Origin: Savitreella phatthalungensis
Lineage: Eukaryota
Assembly (NCBI GenBank): GCA_051599415.1
Contig: AP039691.1
Span: 620,001-684,000, forward strand
Direction: 5' to 3'
Length of the DNA stretch: 64,000 nucleotides
The notes under the pieces were generated by a model, which was not told where the DNA came from, did not search any database, and saw nothing but the letters and a program-made list of their open reading frames with translations. Below are positions 9,311 to 19,536 of the stretch, one piece after another; within the stretch, counting starts at the first letter, position 1, and the number at the start of each line of letters is the position of its first letter. Position numbers and translations under genes: made by a program.

Positions 9311-11233
9311 ATGTCAGACACGGCAAGTGACCTGAGAAGGCGCCAGAACAAGCGAGACGAAAGTATCAGGCTAAAAATGGAGAAAGACCTAGCTAAGAAG
9401 CGTCCTACTGCAGCCAGACAGCGCTCGTCACGTAGCAAGGCTGCACCAGGCACAGTCTCTGCCCTCAGACCGTCTCCGCCCATGACAGTCCCACAGGACA
9501 TGACAGTCCACGAAGCAGCACAGCTCATGGCTGCCAAGCGTGAAGATTGTGTCCTTGTCATCTCTGACGAATCTCACCTTTCGGGCATTTTCACAGCCAA
9601 GGATCTCGCCTTCAGAGTCATCGCTGCCGGACTCAAGCCATCTGCTACAAGTGTACAGGACATCATGACGCCAAATCCCATGTGCACCCGGATCGACACA
9701 TCAGCCACCGAAGCCCTCGATCTCATGGTCACCAGGGGTTTCCGTCACTTGCCTGTCGTCGACGAGGAAGGCGATGTGTCAGGAGTGCTCGACATCACAA
9801 AGTGCTTTTACGAAGCCATGTCGAAACTCGAACGTGCGTACGACTCGTCTAAGAAGCTGTACGAAGCTCTCGAGGGCGTCCAGACCGAGATGGGTACCGC
9901 CCACCACCAGCCAGCACCAATCATCGAGTACGTCGAGTCGCTGAAAAAGCGCATGGCAGGACCAGATCTCGCCAGTGTGCTCGACGGCCGTCCGCCTGCG
10001 TGGGTCACTGTCAAGACGAGTGTACGTGAGGCGACTCAGCTGATGAAGGACAACCACACGACCGCTGTCCTCGTCATGGACGGACAAAATCTTGCAGGTA
10101 TCTTCACATCCAAGGACGTCGTCCTCCGCGTCGTCGCACCTGGACTCGATGCTGCCAACTGCTCCGTTGTTCGCGTCATGACCCCGCATCCGGACTGCGC
10201 GCCATCCACCCTGTCCATCCAACAGGCACTCCGGAAGATGAACGACGGACACTACCTCAACTTGCCCGTGACTGACGAGGAGGATACAATTGTCGGTATG
10301 GTCGATGTGCTCAAACTGACCTACGCCACCCTCAACCAGGTGAATTCGATGGGTGGTGCTAATGGCAGCACAGATGAGGTGGTCGAAGAGGAAGGGCCAA
10401 TGTGGAACAAGTTCTGGGGAGCGGCAAATGACGATGGCGAGGACACGGGAAGCGTCATCTCTGGGTCGGACACGCCATCACGCTCCTTCACAGGTCCAGC
10501 GACCACGAATCCAACCGCACCCACACCATCGACCTCAGTCATCAACCCATTCTCAGATCACATCCCTCCGCTACCAGTTCACCAGGCATCCAACACGCCC
10601 AACCGCGAGGAGGACTCACCAGTCAAGCCGGGAGACTCCGTGTCGGCGCTCGAGTCTGGAGACGTGTTCAGCTTCAAGTTCAAGGCGCCTGGAGTGTTGG
10701 GCGGCAGTGGTGGTCGTATCCACCGATTTGCATGTGCACCTGATCGCGGGATCGACCACGTGAAATCGGTCGTGAAGGATCGATTGTCTGCAGACGAGCT
10801 TTCAGAGGTAAGTAATGATTTCGGTGTGTCGTACGTGGACGACGACGGTGACGTCGTCCTTCTAGCGACGGACGACGACCTCGCTGAAGCAGTCGTCGTC
10901 GCTCGACGCGCCTCCAAGGACAAACTCCAACTGTACATCCACCACCCAAGGACACGCGCCTCCCTCGGCACCCGTCCAAATAAGTCACTCCTGCCGGAGA
11001 TGCCTTCTACCCCATCCCCAGCCGCTCAGACAAAGCACGCCGACAGTCCGACCCTAAAGGCACCTGCCGGCACCAACGCCGCTGAAAAACGTCGGGCTGA
11101 ATCGAGCTCGTCTGCTGCCGCATCATCGAAACAGCCGCTAGACGTCTCCACTTTGCTCTTGCCAGGAGCGATCGCACTGCTCGCCGTCGCTGTCGTTGGC
11201 GTCTTCGTCGCAAGTCGGAGTTCAAAGTCGTAG
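9311..11233 (+). CDS. mug70: CBS-CBS-PB1 domain protein with C-terminal transmembrane anchor (Mug70-like)
   Basis: Two CBS pairs (GIFTAKDLAFRV, GFRHLPVV; GIFTSKDVVLRV, GHYLNLPV), a PB1 acidic motif YVDDDGDVVLLATDDDL and a hydrophobic C-terminal helix. First ATG at 9311. Confidence 0.88.
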   Translation: MSDTASDLRRRQNKRDESIRLKMEKDLAKKRPTAARQRSSRSKAAPGTVSALRPSPPMTVPQDMTVHEAAQLMAAKREDCVLVISDESHLSGIFTAKDLAFRVIAAGLKPSATSVQDIMTPNPMCTRIDTSATEALDLMVTRGFRHLPVVDEEGDVSGVLDITKCFYEAMSKLERAYDSSKKLYEALEGVQTEMGTAHHQPAPIIEYVESLKKRMAGPDLASVLDGRPPAWVTVKTSVREATQLMKDNHTTAVLVMDGQNLAGIFTSKDVVLRVVAPGLDAANCSVVRVMTPHPDCAPSTLSIQQALRKMNDGHYLNLPVTDEEDTIVGMVDVLKLTYATLNQVNSMGGANGSTDEVVEEEGPMWNKFWGAANDDGEDTGSVISGSDTPSRSFTGPATTNPTAPTPSTSVINPFSDHIPPLPVHQASNTPNREEDSPVKPGDSVSALESGDVFSFKFKAPGVLGGSGGRIHRFACAPDRGIDHVKSVVKDRLSADELSEVSNDFGVSYVDDDGDVVLLATDDDLAEAVVVARRASKDKLQLYIHHPRTRASLGTRPNKSLLPEMPSTPSPAAQTKHADSPTLKAPAGTNAAEKRRAESSSSAAASSKQPLDVSTLLLPGAIALLAVAVVGVFVASRSSKS

Positions 11234-11402
11234 AACGCACATACGTGCAACTCGGGCGCACTTGCCATGATCGGGGATTTTACAGTGCATTTGTGAGGCG
11301 CATGACATCACAGACTCCCTGCCCCTTTTTTTCCCTTAATTCTATCACGTCGCTATGCTATGAGATGTATGCGATTGAACTGGTCTGATCGGGGTTGTTT
11401 GT

Positions 11403-13496
11403 TTATGCCTGTGTTGTAGCTGCAGTGTCTGCCTGTGAGGTGAATTCGCCGAATTTGGCGAGGACTTGTGGCCAGGTGGTTCTGCCACGGACGAGTGCGT
11501 CAATGGTGGCTAGGATTTCTGACTCTGAGGCTCTGACTTGCTGAGTGGAGTCGCGCTCACGCAGCGTCAGACTGCCGTCCTGGACGGTGACAAAGTCGAT
11601 CGTCAGGCCGTAGGGAGTTCCCATCTCGTCGTTTCGGGCGTAACGACGACCGATCGCAGCACCAGAGTCGTCAACCTTGTTCGACACCTCGAGCTCACGC
11701 AGCTTACGCGACAGCGCCGGTACTCGTGCCATCAGCTCTGGATTGTTTGACAGCGGAACCAAGAGCACCTTTGTCGGTGCCACCGCTGGCAGGAAAGAGA
11801 GGACGCCACGCTCGACTGCCTCAGGACGCGTCCAGAACGAGTGCTCGATCAGGGCGTACAGGATCCGGCCGAGACCGAATGAGGGCTCGATCACGTTTGG
11901 CGTGTATTCGCGCGTGTGCACGGTCACCTCCTTTTGGGCGAACGAGACCAGGTCCGCAGGCAGCTCGAGCGAGGGTGTGGATGTGATCAAGTCGGCCGAG
12001 ACGTCGGGAATTTCCGCGGTCTTGAGAACGAGCTTACCCTTGGAGGCGGCCTGCGATTTTTGAGCGTCCGACAGGTTGGCAAGGTATGCCTCAACGGGCT
12101 TGGCGTCCCGCTTGAGTTGCATGCCAAACACCTTTTTGTTGACAGTCGTGATCCACCGCGTCTCGACAACGGGCGACTCGAGCATCTCACGCACGATGAG
12201 TGGGTGTCCAGTCTTACGAGCGTGGACCGTCAAGTCGTAAGCGGAACGGTCAGCACAGCCGACGCATTCGATCCATCCGTACGTCGTCTCGATCTCCGCG
12301 TCCCAGCAGTCGCAAGCGTAGTGAGCCATTTCGTTGTCCATGTGCTGGCGGAAGCGCAGACGCTGTGGGTCAATGCCGATCTTCTCAAGGAACAGGTAGA
12401 TGCGGGCGAGGTAATAGCCGAGGGTCTCGTTGTCGACCATACCGGAGCTGACAGCTTCACCGATCGTCTTCTCCGTCAAGCTTGTCTGTCCACCAAGCTG
12501 TGTGCCCTTGGAGAGGAACCTGAGCTTGACGTCTCGCACCTCGTCGAAGCGCTCGTGTGACTTGCGATCCGGGTCGACAAAGTACTCGACCTCAGCCATT
12601 AGGAACTCACGGACACGCAAAAGTCCGGACTTTGGAGAGATCTCGTTGCGGAAGGACTTGCCGATGGAAGCAGATGCAAACGGCATCTTCTGGTTGTTGA
12701 ACTCGAGTAGCTTGGAGAAATTGAGGAATTGTCCTTGTGCTGTCTCTGGGCGAAGATATGCTTTTGCCTGTCCCGTTGGGCCGATTTGCGTGTCAAACAT
12801 GAGGTTGAAGGCCTGGGGTGGGTCGAGCACGCCGCCCGTTCCGCCAGGGTTACGGATATCGTACTTGGTGATCAGGCCACCGAGCTCATCGCCATCGTAG
12901 TTGTCGATCTTTGCGAGTACCTCTTCGTACTCCTTGAGCACCTCTGGCTCGAGCTTGACGGCCTTGATTGACTTGACCTTCTTCTTCCGCTTCTTCTTGT
13001 CGTCGGATTCCTCCTCAACCACATCCGACTTGGCACCAATCGCCTCCAGATGACCTTTTATCCGGGACTCGAGCACCTCCTCCACGAGATGATCGGCACG
13101 GAAGATCTCACCTGTCGCACGATCTTTGCACATGAAATCTGCGAATTTGTCGACGTGGCCAGACGTCTTCAGGACCTCTGCAGGTGTAAGGATCGTCGTG
13201 TCAACTTCGAGCATGGAGTCGTTAATGATGAAGTGCTTGCGCCAGAGATCGACAATGTTAGCCTGGAGGGCGCAGCCTGCGGGACCGTAGTCGTACAGAC
13301 CGGCTACTGCATTGTAGATGTCGAATGCTGGGCCATAGAAGAATCTCTTCTTGACCACCTCATCGACCTGTGATCGCTCAAACTGGAGTGATTGTGCTGG
13401 ACGACCGCCGTTAGGTGTTGTCATTCTATAGAGAGTGCTGGTGGTAGATAGGGTTCGGCCAAAGTGTTTATGAGCTCTTGTCAGGCTCAATCTCAT
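11403..13496 (-). CDS. GRS1: Glycyl-tRNA synthetase (dimeric eukaryotic type); likely mitochondrial and cytosolic isoforms
   Basis: Motifs GLYDYGP, LRPETAQGQF, FRNEISP, GLLRVREF, IEPSFGLGRI and IGRRYARNDE. An N-terminal presequence precedes a second ATG at 13424. Confidence 0.97.
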   Translation of the reverse strand: MRLSLTRAHKHFGRTLSTTSTLYRMTTPNGGRPAQSLQFERSQVDEVVKKRFFYGPAFDIYNAVAGLYDYGPAGCALQANIVDLWRKHFIINDSMLEVDTTILTPAEVLKTSGHVDKFADFMCKDRATGEIFRADHLVEEVLESRIKGHLEAIGAKSDVVEEESDDKKKRKKKVKSIKAVKLEPEVLKEYEEVLAKIDNYDGDELGGLITKYDIRNPGGTGGVLDPPQAFNLMFDTQIGPTGQAKAYLRPETAQGQFLNFSKLLEFNNQKMPFASASIGKSFRNEISPKSGLLRVREFLMAEVEYFVDPDRKSHERFDEVRDVKLRFLSKGTQLGGQTSLTEKTIGEAVSSGMVDNETLGYYLARIYLFLEKIGIDPQRLRFRQHMDNEMAHYACDCWDAEIETTYGWIECVGCADRSAYDLTVHARKTGHPLIVREMLESPVVETRWITTVNKKVFGMQLKRDAKPVEAYLANLSDAQKSQAASKGKLVLKTAEIPDVSADLITSTPSLELPADLVSFAQKEVTVHTREYTPNVIEPSFGLGRILYALIEHSFWTRPEAVERGVLSFLPAVAPTKVLLVPLSNNPELMARVPALSRKLRELEVSNKVDDSGAAIGRRYARNDEMGTPYGLTIDFVTVQDGSLTLRERDSTQQVRASESEILATIDALVRGRTTWPQVLAKFGEFTSQADTAATTQA

Positions 13497-13968
13497 GCAC
13501 TCCGAATGAGGTGAAGCGTGGTGAGGTTTCTCTAGATAAACTTTCGATGCTCGTGAGGATCAAGAGCAGCCTCGAACAGAGAGTGAGACCTGTATAAGAT
13601 GGAGCAGACGCTGAAGTTGACGTTCGATGTCTTCTGGATGGCTGTCCTTGTGCTCGGTGGATATCTCAGAAGCAGAGTGAAGCACGTGCAGATGGCCGAT
13701 TCTGAGTCAAGAAATCCCGTCTCAAATAATATTATATATTATATATAAATAGAAATTTGTAGCTGTTCCGACGAATTGCCCAATGAAGTTTTACGGCAGG
13801 ACGAAAAATCGAGGTCTTCAACAGCAACTTGTAGAAGCACACGTGCACTCGTCTGGCAGTTCTTGTGCACGGTGATTCTCTCCTGTCTGTTACTCTCTGT
13901 CAAGGATGACAAGGACATGTAGAATGATATGAATGTTCTAGTGTACAATCGATTCTGCAATGGATACA

Positions 13969-15840
13969 CTAAGCTGCAGCCGCTACAGTAGCACCGGCTA
14001 CTTTCCTGGATGATTGTGCTTTCGCATCTGCATCCGCCTGCGCCTGTTGTAGTGGCGAGACCGGTAATTGCTCACCTTGAGAATTTGTGGCGGCAAGATA
14101 GGTTCGACGCAGTGCACTAGATGCCCACCACTCGCCGAAGTAGAGATACATAGCCATCGGGTAGTACCGCGTCGCCCCCGACAGCCACAAGGCTAGAGCC
14201 CGCAGAGGAGAGTTCTGCCGAAGAGCCTGCCGCGCTAGTGATCGTTCCTCGTCCCATACGACTCGCGTGCAGAATTGTGCAAGGATGATGAATGGTCTCT
14301 GGGGAGCAGACGTGGTGTGAAGTGATTCGTCCAAATGTCTCGTCAAGTCGTTAGTCTTCAGGAGAAGCAGAAGGATTCGTGGTATATCTGCAAGGAGATG
14401 TACGAGCTGTTGAAGCAAACCCTGACCGACGGCTGTGTTGATGCGCTTCAGCTCATCGTCTCCTCGTGGCACAGAAGATACGCCGCGTTGGAGCGCGGTA
14501 AAGTCCCGTCCGGTGATGGCCGAAGCGAACAGCGGATATCGATCGTCTCCGACGCCGGCCACTTCGTACGACCACTTCCGCATTCCTTCGTCATCCGAAC
14601 GAATGATGGCTAACCAGAGCTTGGCATAAGACCTCCGCAGATCCAGCGGGATCTCCCTGTACAGTCCGTGATCGAGCAGCACGATCTCAAAGTTGTGTCT
14701 GGACCGGGAGCCTCGTGGCGCAGGCCGAACGAAGACATTGCCTGCGTGCGGGTCGCAGTGTAGAGCTGGTGCGCGGAAGATCATTTCGTTGAATGCCCGA
14801 GCCAATTCTGCTGAGACCTCGTTCCTGTCCATATTGTGCTTGGCCAAGTAGTCCAGATCGTCTATCCGTGCGCCGCGGATGTATTCCATCACAAGATATC
14901 TTGTGTCGGCTGCAATCATCTCTGGCACCACCAAGCTCGATCCCCGAAGGTCTGAAAAGTGTGCAGCTGTGTCGCGTGCATTGCGAGCTTCGACAGCGAA
15001 GTTGAGTTCTTGTGGAAGGGAGATGTCCATCTCATCAGATAGCCATGTCAAGGAGAAGTCCGGGAAGATCCGCTTGATCAAAGAAAAGGTGAAGCGGGTC
15101 GTGTCGAGATCGACCTTGACGAATTCGCGCAACGATGGATGTTGGAACTTGACGGCCACCTCTCTTCCGTCCTCACGCAGCCGTGCGCGATGAACTTGGG
15201 CTAAGGATGCCACACCAAGCGGCTCTGGGTCCATCTCCGAAAAAACGTCGTCGAACCTCAGCCCAGAGTCGGCCTCGAACATTTCTCGAAGCTCCGCAAC
15301 AGACGATGAAGGGCACTTGTCCTGCAATACCGTCATGGTCGTTGTCCATTCAGTCGGCAATAAGTATGACATGGCTGAAACGTGTTGACCGAGCTTGATG
15401 TAGATTCCTCCGTTCTTCTCCAGCACAGCGAGTGTTCGCTTTGCGCACTTGAGGTGACAGTCACTCATCACGAGAGGGTCTTCACTTTGCATGGCTGTGC
15501 GATAGTCATTGAAGCACAGCAGTGCGCAGACGACTACGCGTGACGACCGGGAGGTCGCAATGAGCGAATGGCGGAAGGGCTCTGTGTACGAGTCGAGGCG
15601 CAAAGGATCGAAAGCTGGACTGCTCGACAAATCCAGTTGTTTAACTCGCGACTCAAGGTCCTGTGTCGGAAGAGTAGATGAAGACGCAATGCCGAGGACA
15701 CCGATTGCAGCAAACAGAACGACTCCTCCTCGCCGCCGTGTCCTTCTCCATGAGTGTGATTGCGCTCGAGATGAGAATGGCCGAGCACGGTGTAGTGTGT
15801 GTCCAAAAGACAGCCGCGCACCTATTCCCGATCTGAACAT
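13969..15840 (-). CDS. MCP2: ABC1/UbiB-family atypical kinase (ADCK1/Mcp2-like), mitochondrial
   Basis: Motifs GGIYIKLGQH, LGVASLAQVHRA, VAVKFQH, LHCDPHAGN and LLDHGLY, with an Arg-rich presequence. First ATG at 15840. Confidence 0.85.
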   Translation of the reverse strand: MFRSGIGARLSFGHTLHRARPFSSRAQSHSWRRTRRRGGVVLFAAIGVLGIASSSTLPTQDLESRVKQLDLSSSPAFDPLRLDSYTEPFRHSLIATSRSSRVVVCALLCFNDYRTAMQSEDPLVMSDCHLKCAKRTLAVLEKNGGIYIKLGQHVSAMSYLLPTEWTTTMTVLQDKCPSSSVAELREMFEADSGLRFDDVFSEMDPEPLGVASLAQVHRARLREDGREVAVKFQHPSLREFVKVDLDTTRFTFSLIKRIFPDFSLTWLSDEMDISLPQELNFAVEARNARDTAAHFSDLRGSSLVVPEMIAADTRYLVMEYIRGARIDDLDYLAKHNMDRNEVSAELARAFNEMIFRAPALHCDPHAGNVFVRPAPRGSRSRHNFEIVLLDHGLYREIPLDLRRSYAKLWLAIIRSDDEGMRKWSYEVAGVGDDRYPLFASAITGRDFTALQRGVSSVPRGDDELKRINTAVGQGLLQQLVHLLADIPRILLLLLKTNDLTRHLDESLHTTSAPQRPFIILAQFCTRVVWDEERSLARQALRQNSPLRALALWLSGATRYYPMAMYLYFGEWWASSALRRTYLAATNSQGEQLPVSPLQQAQADADAKAQSSRKVAGATVAAAA

Positions 15841-16232
15841 CGTAGGATGCTCCGGCAGGAGTGCAAGCGCAGTCAAGAACCCAGTCTGTTTATCCTGATA
15901 CTGTTGACGTGCCCACTAAAAGCTTGCAGCTTTTGTGCATGCATGCTGAATTAGTACGCTGGCTACCCATGCATATATGACTTCGGTTCCGCGAGCGTCA
16001 TCAAATTGTGTCTTCACACTCTTTTTGTAGCTCCTTTGTGATGAGCGGCAAGCGGATTTGCACGTCTGTTGTTGCAGCAGTGTGGCACACTGAAGTCCGG
16101 TCCAAGACAAGTTCACGTAGTGTCAGCTTTTGAAGAACGATTTAGCTATCGATATTCACGTCCATATGTGTTGGTTGTTACGGTAATGTTGTTTGACTAT
16201 ACGTCTCAATGAGAGACTCTACAGGGGCTGTA

Positions 16233-16573
16233 TTAGTGTGTGCTGCTGCCCGGAGCAGTCGTCGCGCCGGAGTTACTGCTGTTGCTCTCGAGCGCTGACA
16301 GGCCACGCGCCCTCTCTTCCTCGCCTCGCTTCAAGATCGCCTTGTTCTCTGCAGCAGCCTTGGCGTCAACCTCCGGCTGCTCGCCAAACAATTGCTTGCC
16401 GAGGTCGTCCGCACCGGTTTTGACAGCGCCGCGGCTGATTCTTGTCAGTTTGAGTTTAGACGGAGTTGCTGGACAGCTTACATTGACTCGCCGATCCCAT
16501 GAATGCCGCGGAAGGCGTCGCCGATTGACTGCGCAGCAGACTCTGATCCCTGGGATACTTTCTCAGCAGACAT
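16233..16573 (-). CDS. Small hydrophilic fungal protein (97 aa), two exons: 16573-16482 and 16434-16233
   Basis: Not in the ORF track. Intron 16481-16435 (GTAAGC...CTGAC...CAG, 47 nt) joins the exons in frame: MSAEKVSQGSESAAQSIGDAFRGIHGIGESIRGAVKTGADDLGKQLFGEQPEVDAKAAAENKAILKRGEEERARGLSALESNSSNSGATTAPGSSTH*. Confidence 0.85.
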
Positions 16574-16689
16574 CTTATGTGGTCAGGATATTCAGCTCAT
16601 TTCTTGCTCTTCACTGATGACTGGTGTGTGGTCTGGCGCACAAGCACATGGACGACACTGGAAACTCGAGGATTATGCGCAATAAATTG

Positions 16690-16697
16690 TGACGTCA
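16690..16697. promoter_or_regulatory. CRE (ATF/CREB, Atf1-Pcr1-type) site
   Basis: Perfect palindrome TGACGTCA about 117 bp upstream of the ATG of the small minus-strand gene at 16573. Confidence 0.45.
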
Positions 16698-16847
16698 TCC
16701 ACGAGCGGCACCGAGAAGCTCTTAACAAGCTCTCTAAATGCCGTGAGAGTCGCTGTCCCCGATTCAATAGTGCGTATATACTACATAGCCAGTTTGTCCA
16801 GCCCTTCCCTCATGCCTAAATCATTCCTCGAAGTGATCCCTCTCGAT

Positions 16848-17825
16848 TCAAGTGCTCAGCAACGAGCGCTCACCTTCATCTTCTTCATCGTCGTCGAGTG
16901 GATCCGCGTTTCTGTAGAGCAGGAATTGTCCGAGAATGACGAAATCGAACACCAGTGTACCGAGTGAACCAAGAAGCCAGGGTACGTTGGTGAGAAGGTA
17001 ATTCCGTCCACTTGAGTAGACGAGAATTGATGCTGCGTACGTCAAATTGCCCATCACACTGAAGATAAAGAACAGCAGTGCGAGTCCATCGGTGCGCCGC
17101 TTCCGATAGTTCTTCACAATCTGTGGCACACGCGCAAGTAGATAGAGCGCAGCACTGGTGTAGCCCAGGATTTGTGGGCCAACGGCGACGTGCTTCTTGT
17201 CCTTTGTATGCTTCAGCAGCTGGATCATCACATCTGCAGTGGGACGTGACGTCTGCCGACCGCCTAACCATGTCGACGCATACCAACCGACCACGCCAAG
17301 TAGGGCAACGCCGATACATGCCGCGGTATTCGTCACGATCTCGCGCAGCACAGTCCTGGAAGCTGACCCTGAGTCATTTTCGAGGTTGTAAAGCTCCGCA
17401 GGACCTGCCGAGACAATGAGAGGCGTTTGCTCATCCATGGTGCGTCGGCGTGGTCGTGTGAGCGGCGAGATGTCTGCAGGCGGAACATCGACGATCTGCT
17501 CAAAGTCATCGCTGGCCCCAGCCAGGGTTTTAAGTGTCATAGGTTCTTCTGAACCGAAATACAATGCCTCGCCTAGAATGACAAGATCACTGAGGATGTA
17601 ATAGCAAGCGACAAAGATGACGCCGGGAACGAGACCAGCCCAGATGCTACCGGCCAGGTTGAGGACATCGCCAATGGTCCACAGAAGGACAAACCCTAGA
17701 GCAACGCCGTCTGCTGAGCCGCGCTTGTAAATCTCCAGCACGAGTGGGATGCCGTTGCATAGCCAGAAGCTGAGAGAGACTGCGCCGATAAGGTTGCTCA
17801 AATCGACGCGGTCCATATGAAGCAT
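16848..17825 (-). CDS. PQ-loop vacuolar membrane transporter (Ypq/PQLC2/Stm1-like)
   Basis: Multiple hydrophobic helices in two repeats. Second repeat LGYTSAALYLLARVPQIVKNY...GL...GNLTY; EQTPLI dileucine-type sorting motif in the loop. Confidence 0.88.
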   Translation of the reverse strand: MLHMDRVDLSNLIGAVSLSFWLCNGIPLVLEIYKRGSADGVALGFVLLWTIGDVLNLAGSIWAGLVPGVIFVACYYILSDLVILGEALYFGSEEPMTLKTLAGASDDFEQIVDVPPADISPLTRPRRRTMDEQTPLIVSAGPAELYNLENDSGSASRTVLREIVTNTAACIGVALLGVVGWYASTWLGGRQTSRPTADVMIQLLKHTKDKKHVAVGPQILGYTSAALYLLARVPQIVKNYRKRRTDGLALLFFIFSVMGNLTYAASILVYSSGRNYLLTNVPWLLGSLGTLVFDFVILGQFLLYRNADPLDDDEEDEGERSLLST

Positions 17826-19536
17826 CGGTCCTGGTCAGGAGCTACAGTGACCAAAGCTGCGTTGATCAATGCGATCAGCTGAAAGGAATCCGTGACAGCG
17901 TGGTATATGCCGATGGAGAGGCAGCCGTATTGATCACTCGAGTGCGAACGAGTTTGCCTGTGAAAGCCTGTTGCTCGGGTTAGGCCGTCAACGAGGATTT
18001 TATTGCCAATCACCCCGATCGTTGATGGCGATAGCTGCTGACTTGAGTTGTGACGCTGGTGCCTGAGCAAACCCGGGGTCGTGTGCAGGGTAGTTTACGG
18101 CAGTGTCGTCGTGTCACAGTCAAGTACGACCAGGGGAATGACGACCCACTTAAGATAAGCTCTTCAGGCTGAAGTCTCTCAATAGATGGTCTTTGAGAGG
18201 GACTGTGCTTCGTTGCTCAGGCAGTGCAATCATGGCAATATGTATCACGGCTTGTCTCGACGGTCAAGTTAGACTTCCCATGTTGCTCTCACTGCTTGTA
18301 CATCGTCAACTTCATTCAGTGACGCGGGTGAAAGACTTTACTGTCCCATCTGTATTACACAGCACTGAGATTTCGGCAAAAATACTTCAATCTGCACGCC
18401 GTCAATGAATTGGGTTTTCGATCTTAAACAAGCTTAAACCCAGCATCTGTTCCCTTAACGGTCGTCTGATGCGAACTATATAGTATACTGTATAAATCCA
18501 GAATTCCTCATTAGTCGATTGGTTCTGGAATTGATGGCAGCGCTGCTAGCCATGAGTTCAGATTGGCTCAGGAAGGGCAGAAGTGACAGAAGCGAAACTT
18601 TCATTCAATTTAATCAAGGCGCATTTACCTTCTCCATCAGCGAGCTCTCCAGACGGGAATGACGCATCGACAAGTAAAGGGAATGATTCCAAACGTTCTT
18701 CGACGCCATTTCTAGCTAAATCAAGTCGAGTTGAAAAAAGAAGAGTCGTGAAGGAAGGATTCAAGAGTTGTTCACCACAGAAAGCGTTCTGACTATAATC
18801 TACTACCGTAGTAAATGGTCGATCTTGCCTGATGTTGGCCAAATCAGGTCCGCACTGGTTCATAGAGCTTCATAGCCCGGGCTCATCATTAAGTGTGAGT
18901 ACGTTTGTAGCATACAGACTCAGGCACAGCATAGCCCCACCTACACTAGCATTTCTACGAAGCCAGTGCATTAGCGACCAAGTACAAGCTCAAAATGCAC
19001 GATGCCGATGTGGACCATGGTCAGACCATCAGATTTGACTGATGCAGAAGATCTTCCGCAAGCTAATTTGAACTGCTCACTATGAGCAACTTCTGGGTCC
19101 TCGAACAGGTGCATGCAACGGACTGAAGATCGCCCTATCGTAATGCTATGAACACCTACTTGCACGTCGTCGCTTTGTCCGATACTTGAGGCTGCGGCCT
19201 TTGCAAAGAAGCAAGCCTGTCTGAAGCCCCAGCCTGGTTCGATGATTCGGACTGCATTGTCGTTCACTGCATGAGCAATTGTTGTGTATCATCCAGCACG
19301 TGAATCGATCAATCATGATGTAGCACATATAAGTATATATGCATATATGGCTGATCACGCATCACGAAAGTCATGGCAACATATGGCCAAATTCAGCTAT
19401 AACAGCCATGATTGTGATGGACACAAAGATGCATGTCCAGAACGATCCATGACTCCATTGAGAAGATCAATGGCATCTTGAAGACAAATCTTCCTCATTA
19501 TTGGAGTGTCAAAATACCGCTGTGAATTGTTCCAGC

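Noticed and set aside
18558..19267. Possible spliced minus-strand gene (ORF 18558-18863 plus a candidate 48-nt intron 18915-18868)
   Set aside because: Weak branch point and acceptor, the upstream exon phases could not be reconciled, and there is no homology signal.
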